Source: Takakia lepidozioides
Taxonomy: Eukaryota; Plantae; Bryophyta
Assembly: GCA_030704615.1 (NCBI GenBank)
Contig: CM060733.1
Coordinates: forward strand, 8,742,001 to 8,806,000
Length of the DNA: 64,000 nucleotides
Direction of reading: 5' to 3'
Both the position numbers and the translations under genes were made by a program. This document shows positions 37,301 to 49,138 of this stretch, one piece after another; within the stretch, counting starts at the first letter, position 1, and each line of letters opens with the position of its first letter. The notes beneath the pieces were generated by a model, which was given only the letters and a program-made list of their open reading frames with translations, did not search any database and was not told the DNA's origin.

Positions 37301-39070
37301 AATTCTTTCAAGTTTTCCTTGCTGGTGCTGCTAACTCCCTGCGGGCCCCGCCAAACCACCAGCAATGGCACCACAACCATAGCTCATCTGCTGCAACAGA
37401 GTTGCACAATCTGTTTCCAACCCACTCTATCAGCGCCTGCCATCTCAATTATTCACTACGAGCCCTTTGGTCCTTAAGGTGGGTCAGGACAGCATTTTAT
37501 ACGAATAGCACCAGCAAGTTACTGTAGGCCTTTGGTGAACCCTTCTATTCTCCTACTACCATCTGGTTTGCTTTGTGTTGTGTTTGTTCTTAGCCCTGTG
37601 CCCTGACAGTTGTTTGATGCAGATGTTTTGGGAACTGTGTTTGAATGTCTATTACATGACATTTTGTCAAAAGGGTGATCCTGGCATCAATTCACATACT
37701 TGTACACAACGATGTCACTGCTTGCCTTAGCTTGCATGTACAGCCATTTCTACATCTTCCGATTCCACTTTGGTTGGTAAGATCTGGGGATGACAGCTGT
37801 GGTTGAGACAAATAAATCTCTATGGTGTTCTTGATTGTGGATCAATCCACTCCGGTGGGGCTAGGACATTCCGTATGCAAATTGAGACGTGCTGGTTAGG
37901 AACCACCTGACTCACCAAGTGTCTGTCACCTTATGTTCCCTTGTGGCCACTCTGGGTCCTCCTGTGACAGGCCACCTACATTCCCCTGGGAGCCTTCCTG
38001 CTAGTGGTAATGAACAGGAGATATGGGAGTGCCGTCCTGCATACCTGCTTCAAGGACATCTGTGTAGAAGGGCCCCTGGCTACTGTATTGGGCAGTGATA
38101 CAACTTACTTTTGTTTGGAATAGTCTTTACTGTATTGGGTTCTCTTGCTCTGGTTTGTTTCTCCGGAGACTATTATACTGAGTTACCTTGGAAGTGCAGG
38201 CTAAACGGAAGCGAGCAAGAACCCCCACCCCGGGCGAGTACCTCGGTGTACGTGGTATGTGTACAAGCCCAACCCATGCTTTGTTATGGTCATTGGATTT
38301 TCTGATTGTCAATGAGAACACAATCATATGTAGAGGTGCTTGCCAATTACACACCAGACTGTTACATCCCGCAAATTTACAGAGACTATTTCTCAACAAG
38401 GGACCAATGGACTGTTGAAGGATCAAAAGAAATGAAGTCCTTACAGATACAAAAACAAAGAAAAAGAACAGCAGCATTGTCATTCAGGGGGTCAGTCACC
38501 TATCAAATGTCATCTGGTTTCTTCGGTATGTTTGGTTAGGGAGGTTTACAAATTCTCCTTGCAGTGAGCCTTCTTACCTTGGATGTATTCTCCTGTTCTC
38601 ATTGTCGATGTAGTTTATGTTCACTTTGCTGATGTAAGCCTGAAGATCATCTTGCACTTACATGCCTGTTTGTGTCCTCCTGCGGGTTTTCTTGGGAGGG
38701 GCCCTGCTAGTTTGCTCATAGCCTGCCTTGTGTAGATGTAGGGAGTGATTACTTAACCAGTTGGGCATCATGTCAGTGATGAATCTCTCGTGCCATGATG
38801 GAAGGTAATGGAAATATTCTTTAACCTGAGTTTTAATGTGTCCCAGCTGCCATGCAAGCTCACTCGCGTGGCTATGGTGGGGACTACGGAGGGAGAGACA
38901 ATGGAAGAGATGGTTATGCGGCACGTCGTGCCCCTCGCTATGAATCCTCTCGGGCTGGTCGTGATGGCCGGGATATGCGGGAGAGGGAACGCTCCCCGCG
39001 CTACTCTCCTTACCGGGGTTACCGCCGTGAGCGCTCCCGTTCACCTCGTTACTCTCCATACCGACGCTGA
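34326..39070 (+). CDS. SR45a: SR45a/Tra2-like Ser/Arg-rich splicing factor. Exons 34326-34328 (ATG only), 35543-35565, 35690-35758, 36114-36228, 36453-36602, 38200-38254, 38847-39070
   Basis: M|GDSPRRSR|YSDSPSPRR..|..NPGNNLYVTGLSTRVTEKELEEHF..|..DPRTRESRGFGFVTM..GRIITVEK|AKRKRARTPTPGEYLGVR|..RSPRYSPYRR*, giving an RS-RRM-RS architecture. Confidence 0.93.
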
Positions 39071-40415
39071 GAGTCTCGTGATGCTTTCTCCTTGGTACAG
39101 CTATTTCTCTTGATCAATTGAGTCTGGTATAATGTGTCATTCAGGTGTCTTTTCAAAAGTGAATTCTGGTGCATCCTGCATCTATGTTTGAAGCCTGTAT
39201 GGCATGTTACTCTGGTATGAAGTGATGATTCCTTCAAATTTGTTTGTCTTGGCTTGTCTATGACATGCATGTGGGCTACTTTTGACCTTTGGACCCCTAA
39301 TCTGAAATGCCTGATTATTTTGTCAAATGTGCATCTGGTTCCGTAATTCCGGGATCTTGCAACATCATCCCCAAAAATCCCCTTTCACCTTTGTCCACAA
39401 TCTTTTCCTTAGCTTCAGTCAAACCATTATTTCTGTGATCACGTTACTTATCCACCCATCCATTTTCTGGAACTATGAATGGATCCTTGAAATTTTCAGC
39501 CTACTCATTTTCGTTTTATGATGAATAGTGATGGGTGTTATGGATTCAGCACAATGACAGCCCCCCTTACAATGGCTTACAGAGCACTGTAGATTTATGC
39601 AGATAGCAATGATCTTCGAAACACAACTCTTTGGAAAGTGTTCTTAATTTTATAGTAGTTGGTTGTGTTCTGGAGTTGGTGTCCACCGGTGTGCAGTATT
39701 ACTTGAGGCCTTTTGAAACACTTGGTTCTATTGCATCATCTTGCCTGTGATGGGTTCCAGGTCTAGCACCACTCCATGCTTGCAAGGTTATTGAGCATCT
39801 TCTGTTCAATTCAAACTAGGTTGCAATACAATCATAGCAAGTCAGCTACTGGTGGACTAGCTTGCAGTACACCAAGTTGTACTTCAAGATAGTCTCTTCC
39901 AGGGAGGATGTTTACGCACTGTGTGAACTTTGTGATATGGACACTCTAACTAACTTGAAGGGTACATATGGTGCAAGCAGTAATCGGTCATCTGTGGACT
40001 GAAAAAGCGGGCCTACCTGCACCGTCCTGACCAGTATGTGTGCCACATGCTACATTGAGGGGACAAGCAAGATGAGGACAGTTCAGTACCTTGATGAATC
40101 TGTACATGCTGCTCAAGTGACAGAGTGTAGAACCAGTGTAGGGCTGAGAGTGGCATCCAGGAGTTCAGGGGAAAAACTGATGCATTCCCTGCCGCATATA
40201 TGATCACAACCCCAACCCCGGATTTGTTGGTCTTTTGTACCTGTGGAGGCTCTACCAGATGGAGACTAGGAATTATGACAGGATTTTGGAGAATATTTTC
40301 CCAGCAACCTGAGACAGACTAATGGAAGGGTCAATGTAGAGTCATAGGCACAAGCTGAGGCTTCAGGTTGGACTCTATTGAGGGATGGCAAACATTTATC
40401 TGTCTCTTCGAGTAA

Positions 40416-41717
40416 TTATGAAATACACCACAGGATCCATAGGTTGAAGGCAGACAACACGGGTGTGGCTACAAAGAGTAGACTCATTTTGTTCGCATTG
40501 TTTATGGGAACAGTACCGATTTCAAACATAGCATAATTCAGTCCGGAAGAGACCTGAAAGACCTGAACATTATCTAGCAAAGGTCCAAAGCTTCCAGGGA
40601 TTTTGCTCACAAAAGTCAGTTTGGCGCTGGTGTCAGGTGTCTTGTTGAGAAATGTGAGGTTTTTGGTTTGCCAACCCACACTGGACGTGGAATATCCAGT
40701 GGTTTTCATGCGAACAGTAACGGAACTCAAAAGCTTTCCACTAGGCACACCCTCCACCTTCACATAGAGATCACCCTCAATTTCCTCAGCTGGCGTTGGG
40801 TTTACCGCTGTGTCAAACAAGACAGTGTATCGACTGCTTGATGATGTATTGAAAGTTGTGCTGAGGGTGGCAGCAGCTCCTTGACAGCTCAAATCTAGAA
40901 GGGTCCATGTGTCATCAGTTGAAGGTTGGAGCGCCCCTAGGCTTGTGTTAAAGATTGCCATCGTCCCTGCTTCCAGCGACCATTTGTTAATTGCAGAGGA
41001 CGGAGCATAAAGCTGCACCGAGGACGTTGAACCGTCAAACTGCACACTTACACTTGGGTGTAGTTGTTCAAAGCTTCCGTTCTCCAGCAAGTTGTCCAGA
41101 GTGACCTTGATGTTTGCCACCAGGACACCATATGGACCTTGGACAAGGGAGGCGAGATACAAAATAGTGGGCACCCCAGTGCCTAGCATTTTACAAGAGA
41201 CTGTCTGCCATTGGATAGCCTGGCGGGAGATGCTGACATTCTTCGCTGCAAATGGGTTATATACGGGTCCGACTCTTCTTCCGAAAGTGTTGAAGAGAAT
41301 GACGCGCAAGGCTTTTGGCTGAGGCCCTCCGTCAGGGTTGTCAGCAATGCTCATCAATATGGTATAGATTGCACCCTTACGAGGGGTGTACATAGGCATG
41401 CTGATTATGTGGCCTGGTCCCCCTCGAAAATTCATGTGGAGAATGCGAGAACAGTTGAAATTGGGGGGCGCCATATATGATTCCGTTTCCAGAAGCTGCA
41501 GCCCTCCATGGACAGCAATCCAGTAAGGCAGCATAGTTTTTATGCCGTTGGCAATGATGTCCGAAGAAGAGTACATTCCAAACGGGGAACTCCATATGAC
41601 CATCTCAAAGTCCCCATTTTGCAGGAGGTTTGGTGCGTCAGAGTCTGCTACATCGATCAGCATGAGAGACAACGCAAGTGTTATAGGCAACAGCAGCCTG
41701 AGAACATGCAAAGCCAT
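40416..41717 (-). CDS. DUF642-family cell-wall protein, intronless CDS, signal peptide and possible GPI signal
   Basis: Signal peptide MALHVLRLLLPITLALSLML. Two repeats starting NLLQNGDFE and NLLENGSFE and ending YGVLVANI and FGPLLDNV. Hydrophobic C-terminus. Confidence 0.88.
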   Translation of the reverse strand: MALHVLRLLLPITLALSLMLIDVADSDAPNLLQNGDFEMVIWSSPFGMYSSSDIIANGIKTMLPYWIAVHGGLQLLETESYMAPPNFNCSRILHMNFRGGPGHIISMPMYTPRKGAIYTILMSIADNPDGGPQPKALRVILFNTFGRRVGPVYNPFAAKNVSISRQAIQWQTVSCKMLGTGVPTILYLASLVQGPYGVLVANIKVTLDNLLENGSFEQLHPSVSVQFDGSTSSVQLYAPSSAINKWSLEAGTMAIFNTSLGALQPSTDDTWTLLDLSCQGAAATLSTTFNTSSSSRYTVLFDTAVNPTPAEEIEGDLYVKVEGVPSGKLLSSVTVRMKTTGYSTSSVGWQTKNLTFLNKTPDTSAKLTFVSKIPGSFGPLLDNVQVFQVSSGLNYAMFEIGTVPINNANKMSLLFVATPVLSAFNLWILWCIS

Positions 41718-42771
41718 ACCAGGTGAACATCTGTCCCTTTCCACCACCTTCCTCCAATCCTTTGAAGTTATCGAATGTGTTGAATCAAAATCACTTGAAA
41801 GGCTTCGCCTTTCAATCTGTGGAAGGGCAGCCACTATCACACATCGCTTCTTTACAAATAGTTATTTGGATGTATTTGTCTGCCCACAAGTCTCTGTCGT
41901 CTTTGGGCTCCTTGGCTACCTCTCAGGGTACACCATGGTTTGATCTTACACAGTGAAATTGCTGCCCTGATCGTAACTTGCAGTTCAAATATGAAAACCT
42001 GTGTACATATCTGTAATACTCCACCAGCTGTTGTCACTTGCGCTTTGCATTTTTTTTGTGCCTGTCTCTTTGGCTCCCTTCATTTTCCAGTATCCTATGT
42101 ACCTTTGTATCAGGGAAGGAACGAGCTTACACCTTCCTCTCAGGCATCCTACCCCTTAGCTATATCCAAATTTCATCTCTCTCCTCTTTGAACCATTTCT
42201 CGCTGTCTACCCGCAAAGGCTGTCTTCCCTCTCCGGTGAATTTAGGATGGTCGTGCATAGACTGTTCCCCAGAAGAAACCATGATCTTTTCCTCTCCCTT
42301 GTCCACAAACTTGACATCATTTTGTACATTCTTCATGTGGGTATCTTTAACACCACCAGCAACTCTCTCTTGCTCTTCAACTCTCTATTTTCTGATAAGT
42401 TTGCACATCTCCCTAGAAGCCATACCCTCTGTAGTTGTCATTTAGCTCCAAGCTCCACTTCTTTGCGCATCGGTTCTTCGAGAGGTAGTTACACAAATTG
42501 GAGAGCATGAAGCGGATCAACCACACATTGCCGTAAAGCACTTTCAAACGGAGGGACCTCCGTTGATCGGGAGGGTCCTGATTTGCAGTGAAGGGTCCTC
42601 GGATGTATCCTGCTTTATTACGCACTGCCCTACACACTTCATTAAAGTTTGAATAATATGTAGTGTATGTTGAAGTTGTCTTTTTATTATTTTTAAATAA
42701 TATTTTTTTAAGTTTAGGTATTTCCTCATATTTTGCTGTAGATCTTAGCATTTGTTTTAAAAAAAACAAAT

Positions 42772-45700
42772 AAAAGGGGACAGAGGCCCTTTTAATCAAA
42801 TTAATAGAAAGGTCAGAAGGTGGAAAAAATAACCACCACCAAGGCCGTGAGGGTTACTAAGGGGAAACTTCCCCGTGACCCTAGCAAACAAGCTAAACAA
42901 CAAGAGGTAACCAAGAGCTAGAGAGATATGTGTGTGAGAGAGATGTATAGATTATAGGAAGGATTTTAGGGTGATCGAAATAGTGGTTGTAAAGAGGAGT
43001 TATGCAAAAAGCGGAGGAAGTGCAGGAGAGGCAGCGTTTGCAATAACATGTTCGCGATTTGAAGGTTCTGAGCTGCCAAGGCTGCTAAGTGAGGAGATTG
43101 AGGAGTAGTAAGAATGAGGGAGCAAGAAATCATCAGTACAGCCGACTGCCAGTGTTGGTACAAGAGTCCGAACTGATCCAAAACCCCAGGTATCAAAACT
43201 TGAGTTGTGCTCTTGATTTAGTGTCCCTAGCTCTTTTATGTCTCCAATTGAATTTCCCTCACCAGGAGACTTCCCATTGAGTGGGGATGGCGTCTTTCCA
43301 GGGCTGGAGCCGAGCAGGTCGCCTTTGCCCCAGGAGTGTATGAAATCTTGAAGCAGCTTGCGTCCTCGTTGCTCTGAAGTTCTGGAAATAGCTGCACACA
43401 CAGAGTCCCACGCTTTCCTCCCCTCAGTTTAACAGATAATGATATGTATGAAACAAGATTGATCTGCCTCTGGGGAGTTTGCCCTCATAAACCCAAGCAC
43501 ACCTTGCTTTCCACATATTCCATAAGGTGTGAGCTCTCAGAGAAGCCCAGACCGGGCAGCTAACCTGAGATTGAGCAATGTGAACATTGAGGAGCAGCAG
43601 TGAAGGAGGGGGTGGATTGGAGAAAGAGGCCCAGCGAAGAATAGAAGCCAAGAATTACTCCCCAAATCCTACTTGAGATATTGCAGGAAGCAAACAGTGT
43701 TCAATAGACTCTGGTTCAAGTAGGCGGAGGGGGCAGGCAGGCTGGTTCTCATGGGTAACAAGCCTGATGGGGAGTATTCTGTGTGCCAGTTTCCATAGGA
43801 AGCCGGATACTTTTGCAGAACGGTCCTTTCTCCAAATGTCTCTCCAGACCTTGTCCCAGCAGCCTTGAGGTAAAATTTGGCTGTCCATTTTCTTTGAAAA
43901 GATCGAGGTAGGTTGATGAGAGAGTAACCCAGCTTCACAGAATAACCAAAGAAATGGGTTTTTTTCCCGTCCATCCATCGCCACTCTCCTGGATCGAATT
44001 GCAAGTCAGCCAAAGGGCAGGAGAGGAACCAGGTAAATGATTCATGAAAGGCCCATTGCACTTCCATTCCTGGGGGAGGCAAGGGGTTGGCATTGCCTTT
44101 ACTGTCCAACACTCTTATGTGACAGAGGTCGTCCTTGTTGTGGTCTGTAATGCCTTGAAAAGCCAGACTGTCTTCGGCATCTGGTATGAAGCCTATCGCC
44201 GTTGCTATGTTTCCATGCGTGGAGAGAACGAGGATTATCAGGAGAATGCGGGGATAGACCCCATCAAATAAGGTTGAATGAGTTTGCTCCAGGGAGTACT
44301 CCTGCGTTTTATTGCCCTCGGTATCCACTTTGCCAAAAGTGCTTTGAACTGAGCTGCAATGTCCAAAATTCCCAAGCCTCCCCGCTTTTCTTTTGGCACA
44401 GCTGGTCCCATGAGACTAGTGCCCGTCTCGATGGCGTAGTGGGGGTGGCCCCCCAGATGAAATTTCTAATGAGGGCTCTTATCTCCTTATGAAGGGCAAC
44501 CTCCAGGTCCCATACTGCAGCAAAAAACCATAGCGAGCCTTCCAAAACTTGATTGGTTACTAGTGCTCTACCCATTATAGAAAGCATTGCTGAGCTCCAA
44601 AAAGCCAGGCTTCTCTCAAGTCTGGAAAGCACCTCTTTCATTCGGTTGTGTTGCGTAAGATGTATGCCCATCTGGTAACCCAGCAAGGTGTGTGACTCCC
44701 CCGGTTGCAGCCACCTTAAACCAAGGTCTTGGCCCCATGATTGACAATGTGTTGTGGGAGCCCCATCTTGCAGGAGGGAGAGGATTCCCATGGACTTTCC
44801 CCAGTTCACTTTTCAGGCCTGATCCAATGCAAAAAGTATGGAGGGCATTTAGCGCTCTGTCTATGTTATTTTTCCTTGTATTGTCTAGTAGGAGCACCGT
44901 GTCATCTGCATACATAGATAATTTCAGCATTTTCGGGCCTGTAGGTGGGCAATTGAAGACCAATGATGTCGTGTCTAGAGTCCAGAATATGACCAATGAA
45001 TCCGCCGCAATCAAGAAAAGGAACGGGGCGAGTGGACAACCTTGTCGAACTGATCTGGATATTGGGAAGGATGTGGAGATTACCCCATTAACCATTACCT
45101 TGCTGGAGGCCGAATGAAGCCCATGCCAGGAAAGGACCCCCAAGCCCTGTTTTTTCCAAAATCTTCAGGAGAAAAGGCCAGTCAATGGAGTCGAAAGCCT
45201 TCTCAAAATCCAGCATAAGGAACGCCAAAGGCTGAGTTTTCACCTCAGCCCTGTGGAGGCTCTCATGGGCTAGAAGGATGTTATCAAGAATCATGCGATC
45301 CTTGAGGAAGCCTGTTTGATTTTTCCTTATGATGTTCGGCAGCAACGGTTGCAGCCTGAGTGCCAAGGCCTTTGCAATGATTTTATAGGTAGAGTTTAAC
45401 AACGTGATTGGCTGATAATTTGCCATATTGTCTCTTTCCCCCTTTTTGAAAATCAGTGTTACCAGTCCCTCAGAGATCTGGGATGGCATGATATTTTTGT
45501 CCATGATGTCGTTGGCCATTGACAAGAAATCATCTCCTATAGCTTGCCAGAGAACTTTGAACAGCTCAATAGGGAGGCCGTCCAGGCCTGGTGATTTTTG
45601 AGAGGCCATGGAATCCACTGCCCTTCCCAGTTCCTGCATGTCAAAGGGTGATGTCAGGCTTGTTTTTTCCCTGTAAGAGAGAGCACAAGGGACCTGGCTG

Positions 45701-46250
45701 ATGAGAGTCACCATGGCATGGTCCTTTTGATCTGAGGGGGGCTACCCTTGGAGAAGCTGCTGAAAAAACCTTGCGGCCACCGATGCCATCTTTTTGGTGT
45801 CTTCGACCAGCAATCCAGTGTCAGGATCATGCAAGGCCGGTACCAGAGTCGCTGTTCTCTCTTTTGTGCTGTTTTGGCAAAGAAGTATTTTGTCATTTTC
45901 TCGCCCTTTAGTGACCAGTTAACTCCTGCCTTGATTCTCATGAAGTTCTCCCTTGTCCCGGGGCTGTGGCATCGAGCAGTCCGACCGCCAAAGAAAGGCT
46001 GTCCCAGGCGTCTCTTTCAGCTGGCGAGAGACCATGAGCCGAGTGACCCAGCCTGTCTTCCTCATTTTCAACCATGTTGAAATCTCCCCCCAAAAGCCAG
46101 TGTTGAATGTGCAGGTTTTGAAGCAACTTGTCTCCGATCTGATTCCAAAGCCCTATTCTTTCATCTTCCCCATTTGGGGCATAGATGTTGAGCACCCCAA
46201 CAGCACCTAGGGATTGGCCCAAATTAAGGGCAAGAAACACACACTCATCT
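42772..46250 (-). mobile_element. Decayed L1-clade LINE (ORF2: APE endonuclease part, RT, zf-RVT, 3' UTR)
   Basis: LNIYAPN..WLLGGDFN, GEKMTKYFF, SPGLDGLP, LDFEKAFDSIDW, VRQGCPLAPFLF, YADD, WKLAHRILP..ESIEHCL, WNMWKAR. Multiple frameshifts and an internal deletion. Confidence 0.95.
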
Positions 46251-46777
46251 ACATGAATGTTTTATTTTTTCAGGTTTTTCCAAACTCCCCTACTTCTTTA
46301 TGTGGCCTTTGAATCCCTGCGATTCAATGGGATGCCGCTTGGATGAACAATCACTCTAAATTAAACTCATCTATCATTCACAATCATAGTGATACCCTCT
46401 TAAAATGCACAACTAAGAAAATACTACATGTACATTGAAGTCATTCATATCTATAAATTTGTTAGTAGCTCTTATAAATTATTACGACAAAAAATCAGGG
46501 ATGAGTTCATTTGTGGGCACTTAGAGCATCATCTATATAGGAAGACAATAATGTAAGAATGGAAGAGATCAATATAGAGATCATTAGTAATAATGTAATA
46601 ATGTAAGAACTTAATGGACGCGTGTGATCTGACTGTACTTTCGCCGGATTCCGGCAGCCTGGGCTCCTCCGGCGGCCCCTGTGAAATACTCCCCACCCCC
46701 TCTTACCTCGATTTCACTATTAAATACTTAAGAATCTGAATGGGTTGCAAGCTGTGGTAGTTAGTTACCTCTGTCAC

Positions 46778-48620
46778 TTGATAGACATCTCACATTTTAG
46801 GCCAAATGCGAGCATCTAACATTTGTTCGATAAGCACATAAACCTTGCATATTTCAACTTCTATGATGGACAAAATAAATAATCTCAACATTTTGGCACA
46901 ATACATCGACCACCTTTCACGAGTTGCATGAAGCCACCACATAATGCAATAAGGTAGCAGTAGATTACGAAGTTGTTTGATGGTTGAATACGAGCTATAA
47001 GTTGTGAATATACAAAACAAGTTAAGATAGAGGTCTATAAGAACTTATACAATGGCAAGGTTTTTCTTTAGTTTGTCATACTACATAATCATAACAAACT
47101 ATTCATTGATAAACCTTTTTAAAATGTGGACTTTTATTGAAGTAAGCATAACTTATTGACCCCAAAGGCCTACTGCCTTCAGGCTTCTGATATAAGGTGG
47201 ACACCTTATGACATCTAATACGCTATGTGGTGTTTAACCCATGACCATCAGTGAAATCGTATTAGGCCCTAATAACCACTGGGCTATCTATTGGATGTCA
47301 ATTAGACACCTTTCACTATAGCATATGTAAGACTTCTCAACATGATCACGACCGCTTATAACTACATTATGACATCGACGAAATTATATACGTTGTGTTG
47401 CATTGCCATCCAATTGTCCATTGTTAAGGCTTATGGAAGTGAGGATCTCAACCCATTTTGAGTAGCCTGCGATTTGTGAGCATGTATAAGCAAATGGATG
47501 TCATGATTGAGAGTCTGGATATGTCATCCATCCATAGACCACATTCCACTTTGCTGAAAAAGCAGAGAATCCGCATTGTCTTGCAATAGTGGTATAACTA
47601 TAAGTGGTGGAGCTACTAGCACTATTAGTCACTGAGTAGGCTAATGGATTCGCTCATTGCAAAAAGAAAATTTGTTGGATTGTAAGTCGAACTTATTCTT
47701 GTATTAGTCGTTATTGTAGTTGATTTTCAGAGACTCACTGAAGACGATGTTGTACAAGTATTTTGTCCAATGCAGCACATAGGCACATCTAATGTTGCCT
47801 CCCAAAATGTGTGTAAACCATCATATTCTCCGTGTCTATAAGAAAAAAGGGTCATCATCACCTCTTGCTAACTTGAGTGTCAAGAAAGTACTCAAAGACC
47901 ACTGGCCGTTGTATCATGTATTGAATTTATTTTCATGGTTTTTCATGATGATTCTCTTCTCAGATATCACGACGATCACTACAAATGCAATGTAGATTGA
48001 ATGAATAAGCATGAGACGAGAGATATGTCTTGTCAACTATTAATTGTTTAAATTGCCTAAGATTAATATTCATTGCAGCTGAAAAAATGAGATCGTCATG
48101 ATCAATTGGCCACCATAGCCCGCAAACTTTTTGCAGCTACGTCATATCATCCATTTTTCACCTTGAGAACCCTACAAACCTGGTCATATTGTGTGGGGCC
48201 CTCCCCGCTAACCCTTCATACTTGTCAGCTCGATCGCAGACGACCTGCATTTCCCTCTAGGTATATGCAGGTAGGGTGGAGGCACCGGCTTGATTTGCAG
48301 TGATTGTGGTCGATGGTACCACCTATATTTTTCTATAGAATCACTATTCCATCCAAACATACATGGTTTAGCATTTCTAACTTCAATATCTACGTATCCA
48401 ACAATCCAATTGTCAAACAAATAAACTACCAACAAGCTATGAACTTTTGAAACCAGCAACTATGGACTGTCACCGCTATGAAAAGCAATGATATGGACTT
48501 AAAAAAATGCAACGTGCATTTGATCCAGAGCTTTTCAATTTTGAATAGGGAGTGCCAATTTAGATAACATTCTAAGAATATTTTGTCGTTTGGGACCTAT
48601 GGACTAATATGTGCGACAAA
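46778..48620. repeat. Copy A of a ~1.8 kb diverged direct duplication
   Basis: Begins TTGATAGACATCTCA and ends TATGTGCGACAAA, as does copy B (49139-50903). Collinear except for indels and one small inversion. Confidence 0.93.
47367..47946 (-). pseudogene. Disrupted paralog of the secreted Ser/Thr-rich protein at 49659-50222
   Basis: GEYDGLHTFWEATLDVPMCCIGQNTCTTSSSVSL*KSTT..QCGFSAFSAKWNVVYGWMTYP..WVEILTSISLNNGQLDG, with TGA stops and frameshifts. Confidence 0.88.
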
Positions 48621-49138
48621 AATGCAAGTTTTTTCAAAAGTCCATAGCGCATTTTATTTTATTTTATTTTTGATAAAAGCGACTATGTTGATCTACCGTC
48701 TTTGAGAGGGGAAGGTCGCAGTGAAGAAAAGCATGACTATTAGGAGCATTTAGTCATAATTACCGCGTTATTTTGTAGGAAAAGGACTAAAGTATTTCGT
48801 AGTCTCATATGTGAAGTTGGTGCTGCTTTATCACAAAGATACAACTGTGAGTATGTACTTACATGAGTTAGTGGAGTCGACTTATACTGGCAGATTGACG
48901 TAGCATGCACCAAAGAGTTACAATTCATCCACTAGCTAGATTTCTTGGGTTGTGGAAACTATAAAATATTTAAGCGGGTATAAATCTCCAAACGATCTCA
49001 TTGAAATCTATCAGCACAAATTGTTCTACTCGCTTTACGGCTTCTTAGAAGACACACAATCAATCCAAAAACACCAGTAATATGCAAGCTAGGTCCTAAT
49101 TCAAGATGAGGGATTCGCTTAGGTACTTAGTACTTATT

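Noticed and set aside
42050-42510. Lys/Glu-rich broken frame on the minus strand
   Set aside because: Several stops and no recognisable motif, so it cannot be supported as a gene.
46630-46700. GC-rich hairpin (GCCGGATTCCGGC) followed by GAAA on the minus strand, as a possible hammerhead ribozyme
   Set aside because: No CUGANGA core in the right position on either strand.
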